From UHGV virus genome UHGV-0170242: a stretch of DNA of 64,000 nt. One strand, written 5' to 3'. The stretch comes from a virus. This document shows positions 1 through 8,371 of the stretch, piece after piece. Position 1 is the stretch's first letter; the number at the start of each line of letters is the position of its first letter. Both the position numbers and the translations under genes were made by a program. The notes beneath the pieces are model-generated. The model was not told the origin of the DNA. It saw only the letters and a program-made list of their open reading frames with translations, and searched no databases.

Positions 1-183
1 GATTGTTATGAAGCATCTCAATTGCAAATTTTAGCAAAATTTAAAAATATTGCTAACAACTATTAATATTTATATTTAATTAAAATATAATTTTGCTATC
101 AAATAATATAGTTTGCTTCATAATAAATATAATATTACAATTAAATAATATAGTGCACTAAATAATAAATATATTACACAACA

Positions 184-437
184 ATATTCTGAAATACAGG
201 AAGATTGTATCGATTTTTACTGAATCTGAATTTCCTCAAATATGGGAAGATTGTACATCAATTTCCCCAAATACGGGAAGATTGTGTGGAGTTTGCTAAA
301 TTTGAATCTTCCCAAATACGGGAAGATTGTACATCAATTTCCCTGAATACAGGAAGATTGTATCAATTTTCAGAAAATTTGAATTTCCTCATATTTGGGA
401 AGATTGTGGATCAATTTCCCTGTATTTGGGAAGATTG
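184..437. repeat. Array of seven ~24-bp imperfect palindromic repeats (best copy AATCTTCCC-AAATAC-GGGAAGATT); putative replication-origin iterons
   Basis: GGAAGATTG cores start at 199, 245, 276, 321, 352, 398, 429 (alternating 45-46/31 bp spacing); flanked by a very AT-rich tract (~40-185) and CATATGAA-type short repeats (~445-500); immediately upstream of the replication gene cluster. Confidence 0.7.
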
Positions 438-605
438 CGAACACATATGAATATCATATGAATACAAACATATGAATCATACAAATGAATACACATATGA
501 AAAAACAAGTGAATTAAATTAAATTAAAAAGTATAAAAATTGAAGCATTCAACGGTAAACCAGTCAGCCCTGAAAGTAAAGGTAAAAATATATTTTAGAA
601 CCCTA

Positions 606-634
606 TTGACTTCGCGCCATTTAGGGCTTATACT
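606..634 (+). promoter_or_regulatory. sigmaA/sigma70-type early promoter
   Basis: TTGACT-17 nt-TATACT, AT-rich UP element, shares AGGGCTTATA with promoters at 6451 and 51942. Confidence 0.75.
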
Positions 635-639
635 ATGTG

Positions 640-900
640 TGAAGGTGATAGGTCACGCCTTATCATGGTAGGCCCACCGGAGTTGGGCAAACAATAGAAT
701 ATCTCGTCACTCACTATAGTGTGGCGTTAGTTTGTATCGTCTAGTTAGCATCTCACAAGACTTCGTAGCCCAACCGAAGTCCTCTATACACCGAAGGATC
801 TAGCTGACGCAGATATGAGGGCACCTATCAGCTTATCATGCTGATGTGGAGACTTGTCCGGCTGCGAAAGACGATACAAACTAACACCACACTATTATTT
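640..900. ncRNA. Candidate structured non-coding RNA / long structured leader
   Basis: No ORF; 27-bp inverted repeat 716-742/869-895 (one mismatch) enclosing nested hairpins; two further hairpins at ~646-690; follows the sigmaA promoter. Confidence 0.5.
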
Positions 901-959
901 TAAACACTATTACCACAATTCGTTATATAGTATACTCAGTTGAAGGAGGGAGCGAAGCA

Positions 960-1862
960 GTGGACATATATGGTGCAGAGACAACTGTAAAGCGACTACT
1001 CGAATTTGTGGAATCTCTCGCCAAGCGGGACGCTAGAATGTACAAACCGTCTCGTGATAGACTGCGAGAACTCGCAAGTACGTGTGAGCAGGTAGTCGAA
1101 GTCATATCGACTATTTTACAAGAAGGCGCGCTTGAATCTGTTGATGATGTCGAATTCAGCTCAAGTTCCGATCCAGAAATTGTAGCAGCATTGAATAGAA
1201 TGCAATCACAGATTTCGCAACTCCAATCATTCATAGTTCCAGGCACTCCTGTGGTGCCCGCGGTTAAATCTGATATTTCCTGTGCTACGCGAAAGATAGT
1301 GATTTCTGACTATAGAACTACTCTAAATGATGCAGCAAACATAAAATCATGCTACCCTGCAGTGAACGAAATTTCAGCAGCTCTTTGGAAATGGTTCAGG
1401 ACTCGGTTCATCGATCGTCAAAATGTCGCAACAGATTTCAGATACAACATTCGTAGATTACCAGATTGGATAAGGGATATAGTTATTCTGTATGGACACT
1501 CAATTGAAACTAAAACAGCAGATTCGTTTTTATCTATGTTGAATGAATGGTGTGATGCTCTAATGTATTCAGAATCACGAGATCGATACGCAGTACCGTA
1601 CTGCATATATGAGTTTGATAAGAATCCGTCTGGTCAGCTGTTAACGTTAACCAGCGTAGTTCTATGGGATATGTTGATGGATCATAGTTTAAACAACATT
1701 TCGTCAGAAAGCAGAAATTCTGATCTGTACTTGGATCCATATGCGATATATAATCTTTGTGATTCAATCGCTCCGGAGGTGCTGGATAACTACAGAAACT
1801 ACAGATCAGACGAAAGTATAAGATCACAATTCATTCTTATTCGTGCGGAGGAAAGTAGATGA
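960..1862 (+). CDS. Hypothetical protein (possible replication/regulatory protein)
   Basis: 300-aa ORF, GTG start, AAGGAGG RBS, CGTTATA motif at 921; no recognised motif. Confidence 0.7.
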   Translation: MDIYGAETTVKRLLEFVESLAKRDARMYKPSRDRLRELASTCEQVVEVISTILQEGALESVDDVEFSSSSDPEIVAALNRMQSQISQLQSFIVPGTPVVPAVKSDISCATRKIVISDYRTTLNDAANIKSCYPAVNEISAALWKWFRTRFIDRQNVATDFRYNIRRLPDWIRDIVILYGHSIETKTADSFLSMLNEWCDALMYSESRDRYAVPYCIYEFDKNPSGQLLTLTSVVLWDMLMDHSLNNISSESRNSDLYLDPYAIYNLCDSIAPEVLDNYRNYRSDESIRSQFILIRAEESR

Positions 1863-2983
1863 TAAAATTTACACAGATCCCAGATAAGCTCAAGTATCCT
1901 CCTGCGTTGAAAGCAAAGATATCTACGTATCATTCTAAAATAATTGAGTATGCTTACAGTTACTACCACGGTAGGTATACTCAGCGACGTACCTTAGTTA
2001 CCGCTCTCAACCTAGCGTCATATAAGCTGATATCTGGAGATACAGACGATTTCAGCGTAGACGATGTCATCCGGTTAGCTGGGGTTGAAGAGCGTCCCGA
2101 CGATGCTACTATGCAAGAGGTACTTGGCGGTTTGTTTTTAGCTGAGCGAAATTTGGATTGGGATATAACGCCAATACAGATTGAGAGTAGCGAGAACAGT
2201 ACGAATCCAGAGCCAAAGTTTGTTCCTGTAGCTACTGTTCCAAAAGCTACTGTTACAGCTATAACTGAATTAACGCCAAAGGAGGATCTGTATATTCAGC
2301 CTCCTACAGTTCCCAGGTTTTCTCCATATCCAGTTAAATTCAAAACCATTGGTACAACAACATACTGTATCTATCCAAGCGAACCTGAGATACCAGTTAA
2401 GCAAAATCAGATATCTGTAACAACGGATGTAAATAAGATGACCACGAATGATCTGTTACGCTTGTATCCAAAACAAGTTATTCATACGCGGCCAGCGGCG
2501 ATGTACAATCCAATCCCTGGTCTAGCGTATGATGAAGATCTCGGAGTTATTCTAAAAATAAACGGATTCACAGATGATCAAGTGCGACAGAATATCATCA
2601 AATATCCGCATCTCTATAAGTTGCAGAAACTTATAGATGGTCAGCCTTCGGTATTCTACACTACAATAGAGTTGGATGGCGAACTCCATAATATTGCAGA
2701 TGCGTGGAACTTGTTACTTGATACCAAGTTGATTCCATATACTGCGGATTTCGTCAAGGAGTATGTTGTAAGGCGATACTTGATAGAAAGGGACGGTGGA
2801 GTTAAACACAAGTATCCTCTAGTCGGCTATTTGGATCCGTTCTTAACGCTGTTTGCACCTCCAGCCAAGTATGTCGAATGGGGATATTCTGATGTAGTTG
2901 ACAATGCGCGGAGATGCGTGGAATCTCGCGTTCGTTATAAGCAATCACGCAATCCAGTGTTAAGGAGGCTGAACGATGAATAA
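1859..2983 (+). CDS. Hypothetical protein
   Basis: 374-aa ORF overlapping both neighbours at start/stop. Confidence 0.7.
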   Translation: MIKFTQIPDKLKYPPALKAKISTYHSKIIEYAYSYYHGRYTQRRTLVTALNLASYKLISGDTDDFSVDDVIRLAGVEERPDDATMQEVLGGLFLAERNLDWDITPIQIESSENSTNPEPKFVPVATVPKATVTAITELTPKEDLYIQPPTVPRFSPYPVKFKTIGTTTYCIYPSEPEIPVKQNQISVTTDVNKMTTNDLLRLYPKQVIHTRPAAMYNPIPGLAYDEDLGVILKINGFTDDQVRQNIIKYPHLYKLQKLIDGQPSVFYTTIELDGELHNIADAWNLLLDTKLIPYTADFVKEYVVRRYLIERDGGVKHKYPLVGYLDPFLTLFAPPAKYVEWGYSDVVDNARRCVESRVRYKQSRNPVLRRLNDE

Positions 2984-3599
2984 CTGCATTTTCACTGCGC
3001 ATTGTTTAGAAGCCAACTGCGATAAATCATGCCCCACATATGTAGAAACCTCTTATCTGCTTGAACGAAACGGTATTTCTATATCAAGTTACCTGTTTTC
3101 TGATCCACGAGTAGACGTTCCGAAACTCACTCGAATACTTGATACTTTCAATGACAAAGAAGGCGTCATAGTTGTTAACAATACATCTAGTGGATTCACT
3201 ACAGTGCAGTGGGCGGAAGCATTGACTTACTGCGCGATATGCAATAATTGGAAAGGAAGTAGGCTCCACTGCGTAGTATACAACCTCAAGTTATCGAAAT
3301 ATTTGGATGATGTCAAACAGTCCTGGAGTTCTAAGACTAACAACGAAGATCTTGAATATGTGAAGATATGGTCTGAGAACGCTAAGGTCCTCATAATCTC
3401 TAATTTCGACTTTGTAAATTTCGGTGATTTTGAATCGCAGACTCTTCTGAATTTGCTCCAAACTCGTCAAGTTGAAGGCAAAACAACTATACTCGTATCG
3501 CCGCCAATCAGTCAGCTGGTTAGCAGTAAGTCAAGCATGTTTTTCAATATGCTTCGATCTAGAATGTCAAGTGAGGCTCGGGAGGTATCGAAATGTTAA
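2976..3599 (+). CDS. DnaC/DnaI-like helicase loader (degenerate P-loop)
   Basis: N-terminal Cys cluster, VLIISNFD Walker-B-like strand, LLQTRQVEGKTTILVS segment typical of DnaC/IstB; directly upstream of DnaB. Confidence 0.55.
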   Translation: MNNCIFTAHCLEANCDKSCPTYVETSYLLERNGISISSYLFSDPRVDVPKLTRILDTFNDKEGVIVVNNTSSGFTTVQWAEALTYCAICNNWKGSRLHCVVYNLKLSKYLDDVKQSWSSKTNNEDLEYVKIWSENAKVLIISNFDFVNFGDFESQTLLNLLQTRQVEGKTTILVSPPISQLVSSKSSMFFNMLRSRMSSEAREVSKC

Positions 3600-4930
3600 C
3601 CTCCATCGAACTCCAAGTTATATCTAAACTGCTTACTACAGAATCTGAAGAGGATATAGATATCCTCACTGAATTTGACGCATCATATTATTCTGTATTC
3701 AAGCCTCACATAGAATTCATACTTAATCATCGTCAGCAGTATGGGAACATTCCCGATGTCTTCACATTTCAATCCGAGTTCCCTGATATTACGCTAGTAG
3801 CTGTTCGAGAACCGATTGAATTTCTGTGCAGAGAGATGCAACGAAACAAGCAGCATATTCTCCTGCTCGAAACATTCAACAAGCTGAAGGATCTAGGTTC
3901 GGGAGATATAACTCAGGCCTGGGCATATCTATCTCGTCAGTGCGATAAGGCAGCTGAATTAGACCAGTCTAAACCGATGGATTTGATCAAAGATGCTAAA
4001 CAGCGTAGTGACGAGGTACTAGAGTACAGCAGGCAGACTCGCATACCTACAGGATTTGCCGAAATTGATAAGCTGATGTATGGTGGGCTGTCGACGGTAG
4101 AGGAGTTGTTACTCATAATCGCTCGCACTAATTCTGGTAAGTCGTGGATGTGCGTGAAGATGATGGAGTCTGCGCAGAAAGCTGGATTTCCGGTACTCTA
4201 CTACTCTCCTGAGATGCAAGCATCTTATTTAGGTACTCGATTTGATACTTGGCGCGGTCATTATCAGAACAGTCAGCTGTTCCAGGGAAGATATACAGAA
4301 CAGTATCTCGATTACTTGACTAAGTTATCGCAGGAAGAAACATCGGCATTCGTGCTGGAAGATAAGGACATGTCTTCAGGCGAAGTGAATACGCAAGGGC
4401 TTGAAACATTTGTAAAGCGTCATGGTATTAAGCTTCTCATAATTGATGGTCTATCTTATATGTCAGATACTAAGCGAGGCGATACAGATTACATTCGTTA
4501 CAAGAACATATGCTTAGATCTATTCAAATTGAGCAAGAAGCACAGATGCGCTGTTGTAGTGGCTCTTCAAGCTAATCGAGAGACACATGAGAATAAGGAT
4601 GACAAGGGGGTTCCGTTCCCCGATCTGCGAAACGTAGAAGGTTCTGATCATCCCGCTCGAATTGCTACGCAAGCATTTGCGCTTCGGCAGATATTTGATA
4701 AACACGTCCTTGATATTCGTCTAGAAAAATCTCGAATGGCAAACAATCAGAAACCCGTACTTTCATATGCATGGGATGTAAACACAGGCAACATGCAGTA
4801 TCTTCCTGGAGGAGATGACGATCCTGTGTCAACTATAATAACTCCTCCGTCATCGCTTACTAACTTGACTACTACATTGCATAGTAGCAGTGCGCCAAGT
4901 GAGTCTGAGTTTGACGAGGTTGAATTTTAA
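3593..4930 (+). CDS. dnaB: Replicative DnaB-like helicase
   Basis: IPTGFAEIDKL, ARTNSGKS Walker A, YSPEM, LIIDGL, VALQANR, LEKSR motifs; acidic C-terminal tail. Confidence 0.93.
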   Translation: MLTSIELQVISKLLTTESEEDIDILTEFDASYYSVFKPHIEFILNHRQQYGNIPDVFTFQSEFPDITLVAVREPIEFLCREMQRNKQHILLLETFNKLKDLGSGDITQAWAYLSRQCDKAAELDQSKPMDLIKDAKQRSDEVLEYSRQTRIPTGFAEIDKLMYGGLSTVEELLLIIARTNSGKSWMCVKMMESAQKAGFPVLYYSPEMQASYLGTRFDTWRGHYQNSQLFQGRYTEQYLDYLTKLSQEETSAFVLEDKDMSSGEVNTQGLETFVKRHGIKLLIIDGLSYMSDTKRGDTDYIRYKNICLDLFKLSKKHRCAVVVALQANRETHENKDDKGVPFPDLRNVEGSDHPARIATQAFALRQIFDKHVLDIRLEKSRMANNQKPVLSYAWDVNTGNMQYLPGGDDDPVSTIITPPSSLTNLTTTLHSSSAPSESEFDEVEF

Positions 4931-4946
4931 TAAGGAGGTGAATACA

Positions 4947-5078
4947 ATGAAGTGTCCTACTAACAAACAAGGATGTAAGTACAACAAAGATGGAAACTGT
5001 ACTATGAAAGATCCTGATAAGAACTGCGGTGAGTGTGCGGAACCGTACAATGGCGAAATGGTGATTAACATTGATTGA
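4947..5078 (+). CDS. Small Cys-rich protein (43 aa)
   Basis: AAGGAGG RBS before ATG 4947; MKCPTNKQGCKYNKDGNC... Confidence 0.6.
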   Translation: MKCPTNKQGCKYNKDGNCTMKDPDKNCGECAEPYNGEMVINID

Positions 5079-6066
5079 TGTGGTTGTAATACTTCAAACA
5101 CTAGAAAAGTTCGGATTAGTTAGGCTTGCTCGACAGCGCGATGAATGGTACACTATATACTGTCCGTTTCATTCCGATGGACAAGAAAAGAAACCGTCTT
5201 TTGGTGTAGCTCTTCATGACTCGTATCGAAACGGTCAACTAACGCCTGCAGGCTGGTCGCATTGTTTCGCTTGCGGTTATGTTAACTCGCTCCAAGGAAT
5301 GCTCCAAGACATACTGAAGAACCATTCTATTTCAGCGTCTGCCGATGAGTGGTTATCTGCAAATGTACCTGGATACGTTTCAGAGGGCGAATCAATTAGT
5401 TTACTTCCGTCGGAGCTGATGAAAGCATTGACCTCTAAAATGGCAGTAGCTGACATCCGGGCACGAACTCAATCAACGCAATCGTATGTATCTGAAGAAG
5501 AACTTGCGTCATATCGTTACACAGTTCCATACATGTACGAGCGCAAACTTACAGATGATATAATTGCAAAGTACGATGTAGGTGTAGATATGAATTGGAT
5601 TCCACCGGGACGCAAAAATCCAGTTCCATGTATAACTTTTCCGGTGCGAGATCGGCAAGGAAGAACACTTTTCTTTTGTCGGCGATCTATAAAAGGAAAA
5701 TTGTATAATTACCCAGAAGGGGTGGAGAAACCTGTATATGGAGTTGATATGCTTCCGTCTACATGCCGATCGGTAATAGTGTGTGAATCAATAATTAACG
5801 CACTCACCGCAGAAATATATGGCTATGACGCAGTAGCATTGATGGGAACTGGAAACTCTTTACAAATTCAACAGCTTAAAGAGTTAGGTGTGGATGAGTT
5901 TGTACTGTGCATGGATGGCGATGATGCAGGCCGCAAGGCTGCAGAGCGATTGAAGCGTCAACTTAAATCTGTCGCAATTGTGTGGGTCATCGATATGCCT
6001 GAGGGTAAAGATCTCAACGATTGTGACAAATCTACTTTTGACCAACTTTATTTAGAAAGGAATTGA
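5071..6066 (+). CDS. dnaG: DNA primase (CHC2 zinc finger + TOPRIM)
   Basis: CPFH...SF...HCFACG zinc finger; IVCESIINAL, ALMG, CMDGDDAGRKA and KDLND TOPRIM motifs. Confidence 0.93.
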   Translation: MIDVVVILQTLEKFGLVRLARQRDEWYTIYCPFHSDGQEKKPSFGVALHDSYRNGQLTPAGWSHCFACGYVNSLQGMLQDILKNHSISASADEWLSANVPGYVSEGESISLLPSELMKALTSKMAVADIRARTQSTQSYVSEEELASYRYTVPYMYERKLTDDIIAKYDVGVDMNWIPPGRKNPVPCITFPVRDRQGRTLFFCRRSIKGKLYNYPEGVEKPVYGVDMLPSTCRSVIVCESIINALTAEIYGYDAVALMGTGNSLQIQQLKELGVDEFVLCMDGDDAGRKAAERLKRQLKSVAIVWVIDMPEGKDLNDCDKSTFDQLYLERN

Positions 6067-6069
6067 ATC

Positions 6070-6222
6070 ATGGATCAAAAACAAAATTGTTTATGTAGAA
6101 CTTGCTCAAAACAGCTTACATGCAATGAATGTGAATGCTGTAACATACTTACTTCAGGTGGTCATGCACCTGTAATTGGTTGCCCAGATTATGATCCGAT
6201 TGAGGTGAAACATGCCGATTGA
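6070..6222 (+). CDS. Small Cys-rich protein (50 aa), not in ORF track
   Basis: AAAGG RBS; MDQKQNCLCRTCSKQLTCNECECCNILTSGGHAPVIGCPDYDPIEVKHAD; fills the gap between primase and the next gene. Confidence 0.55.
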   Translation: MDQKQNCLCRTCSKQLTCNECECCNILTSGGHAPVIGCPDYDPIEVKHAD

Positions 6223-6433
6223 AATAGTTGAAATCGTGGGACTTTGCGCAACAACGCTAGTGCTGATTTCATTGTGCCAATCTGATACCAAGAAATTGCG
6301 TATCGTGAATACAGTCGGTTCTGTGGTATTTGTGGTCTATGGGATTTGGAAAGGCGCTCTGAGCGTATGGGTCCTTAATGCAGTGTGTGCTGTAGTCAAT
6401 ATCTACAAGATACTCAAACTAAATCGAAAATAA
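6212..6433 (+). CDS. Small membrane protein, YgjV/PQ-loop-like
   Basis: 73 aa, three hydrophobic segments, KKLRIVNTVGSVVFVVYG motif. Confidence 0.6.
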   Translation: MPIEIVEIVGLCATTLVLISLCQSDTKKLRIVNTVGSVVFVVYGIWKGALSVWVLNAVCAVVNIYKILKLNRK

Positions 6434-6450
6434 TATATTTTGAAAACCTA

Positions 6451-6479
6451 TTGAATTTTGACCAAAAAGGGCTTATAAT
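6451..6479 (+). promoter_or_regulatory. sigmaA-type early promoter of the sigma-like gene
   Basis: TTGAAT-17 nt-TATAAT; 22-nt identity (6468-6489) with 51959-51980. Confidence 0.8.
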
Positions 6480-6519
6480 ATACGTGTAGACGATATCAAC
6501 TATCCAGGAGGATGCTACA

Positions 6520-7146
6520 ATGTACTATAACCCTTTTACCGAAACAAAGAATCTCTTCACTCAGTATGTTGAGTACCAGGAACCGCTCGACTTCGATGCG
6601 TGGGCACAGATTGCCGACGATCAGAAGGCGGCGGTTTTGTATTTGCATTTCTACGACCAGATAACGCTTGCCTGGTACAAGGCAGATAGCCTCAACAGGG
6701 GAAGCGAAGAAGATGCAGTATCTACTGTTCTTCAGTACCTGCAGAAGAACGTACCTATCATTCTCGCTACTCCAAAAAAGTTTACGCCGAATTACATCTA
6801 TCGCGTCGCTTACAACTGCTTGTACTGCATTTGCCACGACATCAAGCGCGACAAGGACCGGTTTGCCTTTGAGGTCAGAAGTACCGTACCTACCAGTGAC
6901 GGTCAAGAATTGGACCTTTGTGATCTGGTCCCTAATCGTGACGAAGATATAACCACCACAAAACTCAAAGAGTACTTCTGGGCAAACATCAACGACTTAG
7001 GTGACGAGGCACAGGCGGTCGTGTCTAAGCTGCTGAAAGAGGAAGTTGGTAAGCGTGCTCCGCGCGTATCTGCCAAACGTCGCGAAGAGATCGTTATAGA
7101 GCTTAGAAAACGTCTTGCAGCGTTCCAGAACGTATCATTCAGCTGA
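6520..7146 (+). CDS. Phage RNA polymerase sigma-factor-like protein
   Basis: Region-2-like EEDAVSTVLQYL...KFTPNYIYRVAYNCL, DGQELDLCDLVP linker, basic helical C-terminus; AGGAGG RBS. Confidence 0.6.
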   Translation: MYYNPFTETKNLFTQYVEYQEPLDFDAWAQIADDQKAAVLYLHFYDQITLAWYKADSLNRGSEEDAVSTVLQYLQKNVPIILATPKKFTPNYIYRVAYNCLYCICHDIKRDKDRFAFEVRSTVPTSDGQELDLCDLVPNRDEDITTTKLKEYFWANINDLGDEAQAVVSKLLKEEVGKRAPRVSAKRREEIVIELRKRLAAFQNVSFS

Positions 7147-7164
7147 TAGGATTGGAGGAGTGAC

Positions 7165-7584
7165 ATGAAGCAGATTGATATAACACAGCGCGTTCAATTC
7201 ACCTGTGATTATCTTGTAAGATCGGATGTCGGATACAGCATTCAGCCATGTCTTTACACGGTTGATGTCACAGTTAGGTCGGCACAATCAGTAGACGGTC
7301 GAGTGATGGAGTTTGCGGAACTTCAAGACCAGATAAGAGCGGTTGTCCCGAACAACAAGTTCATAGTTATGCTCACAGATAACAAGATACAGAAACTGGT
7401 AGTCCCGCTTTCTGATCTCGGAGTTGACATTGAATATGTCAGTTTTGAAATCTGTGCAGAGAATCTATGTAGTTGGATAGCTGAAATGCTCCAAGGTCGA
7501 CTTTACCTTACTCATAGCAACATATATGTTGTTGAGGTGCTGTTGAACGAAAATGGTACGTCTACCGCAAGGTGGCGCAAATGA
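7165..7584 (+). CDS. QueD/PTPS-like T-fold protein (Zn-binding His not evident)
   Basis: YTVDVTV...GRVMEFAELQ, CAENLCSWI and NENGTSTA align with QueD GMVMDF, TAENIA and ETPTSSA blocks. Confidence 0.55.
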   Translation: MKQIDITQRVQFTCDYLVRSDVGYSIQPCLYTVDVTVRSAQSVDGRVMEFAELQDQIRAVVPNNKFIVMLTDNKIQKLVVPLSDLGVDIEYVSFEICAENLCSWIAEMLQGRLYLTHSNIYVVEVLLNENGTSTARWRK

Positions 7585-7634
7585 ACCGTTATAGAGATAC
7601 AGCCAGATATCAATAATACAGGAGGAACTAACTA

Positions 7635-8354
7635 ATGGCTTTTAAAGCAATCAATGATTACAACGAGGAGCGGTTTGGAGGATTATTCGTCCTTCGAGAT
7701 GATGGTGATTCTGCTGAAGTAGTCTTTCTATATCGAACTGCTTCTGACTGTTTGGTAGCGGATACGCACTACATAAAGTCCGCAGATTACTCCGGATATG
7801 TGCACTGCTGCGGTCGTGGCTGCCCTGCATGTTCTCAGGGCATTCGTGTCCAGACTAAGATCTTCATCCCATTGTACGATATCAAAAACGACCGGGTTGT
7901 ATTCTGGGACCGTAGTGTCCGCTTCGAGCATCAGCTTCAGAACGATGTATTCAGCAAGTTTCCTAATCCTTGCGATTATGTGTTCCGAATCACTCGAAAG
8001 GGAGCAGCAGGAGACATCAACACTGTATATGAGATCACTGCTATCGCTCGAAATACTAACATGCCGTATGACATTATTTTGTCTAAACACAATATTCAGT
8101 TTCCTGATGCGTATGAAAGCATCTGTCGTGATACTCCTGCAACAGAACTTAGTCGAATGATTGCAACTAAGCCGACTGCTACGGGTTCATTCGTTGAATC
8201 AATCGGTATGCCTGAGTACCAGCTCACACCGAGGCCGGCTTATGGCGTGCCTGTATCTAACCCGAGTATTACACCTACTCGTGTAACATCAGATGCTGAC
8301 GTAATTTCCGATTTTACAGAAGTATCGCCGATTGATGGCGATGTTCAGTTTTAA
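7635..8354 (+). CDS. Single-stranded DNA-binding protein (gp32-like)
   Basis: FVLRDDGDSAEVVFL, THY...HCCGRGCPAC Zn site, FRITRKG...TVYEI, acidic tail ending in F. Confidence 0.75.
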   Translation: MAFKAINDYNEERFGGLFVLRDDGDSAEVVFLYRTASDCLVADTHYIKSADYSGYVHCCGRGCPACSQGIRVQTKIFIPLYDIKNDRVVFWDRSVRFEHQLQNDVFSKFPNPCDYVFRITRKGAAGDINTVYEITAIARNTNMPYDIILSKHNIQFPDAYESICRDTPATELSRMIATKPTATGSFVESIGMPEYQLTPRPAYGVPVSNPSITPTRVTSDADVISDFTEVSPIDGDVQF

Positions 8355-8371
8355 TCAGCTGGAGGCGGTAA

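Noticed and set aside
184..437. Repeat array as a mini-CRISPR (a Cas4-like gene is in the window)
   Set aside because: Gaps between repeats are only ~7 and ~22 nt and are themselves repetitive; Cas4-like nucleases are common stand-alone phage recombination genes
205..450. 81-aa ORF over the repeats
   Set aside because: TTG start without RBS; the sequence merely translates the DNA repeats
709..719. ACTCACTATAG resembling a T7 promoter
   Set aside because: Upstream TAATACG is missing, single copy, and no T7-type RNA polymerase is seen
716..895. Long inverted repeat as retron msr-msd
   Set aside because: No reverse transcriptase in the window; kept only as a generic ncRNA candidate
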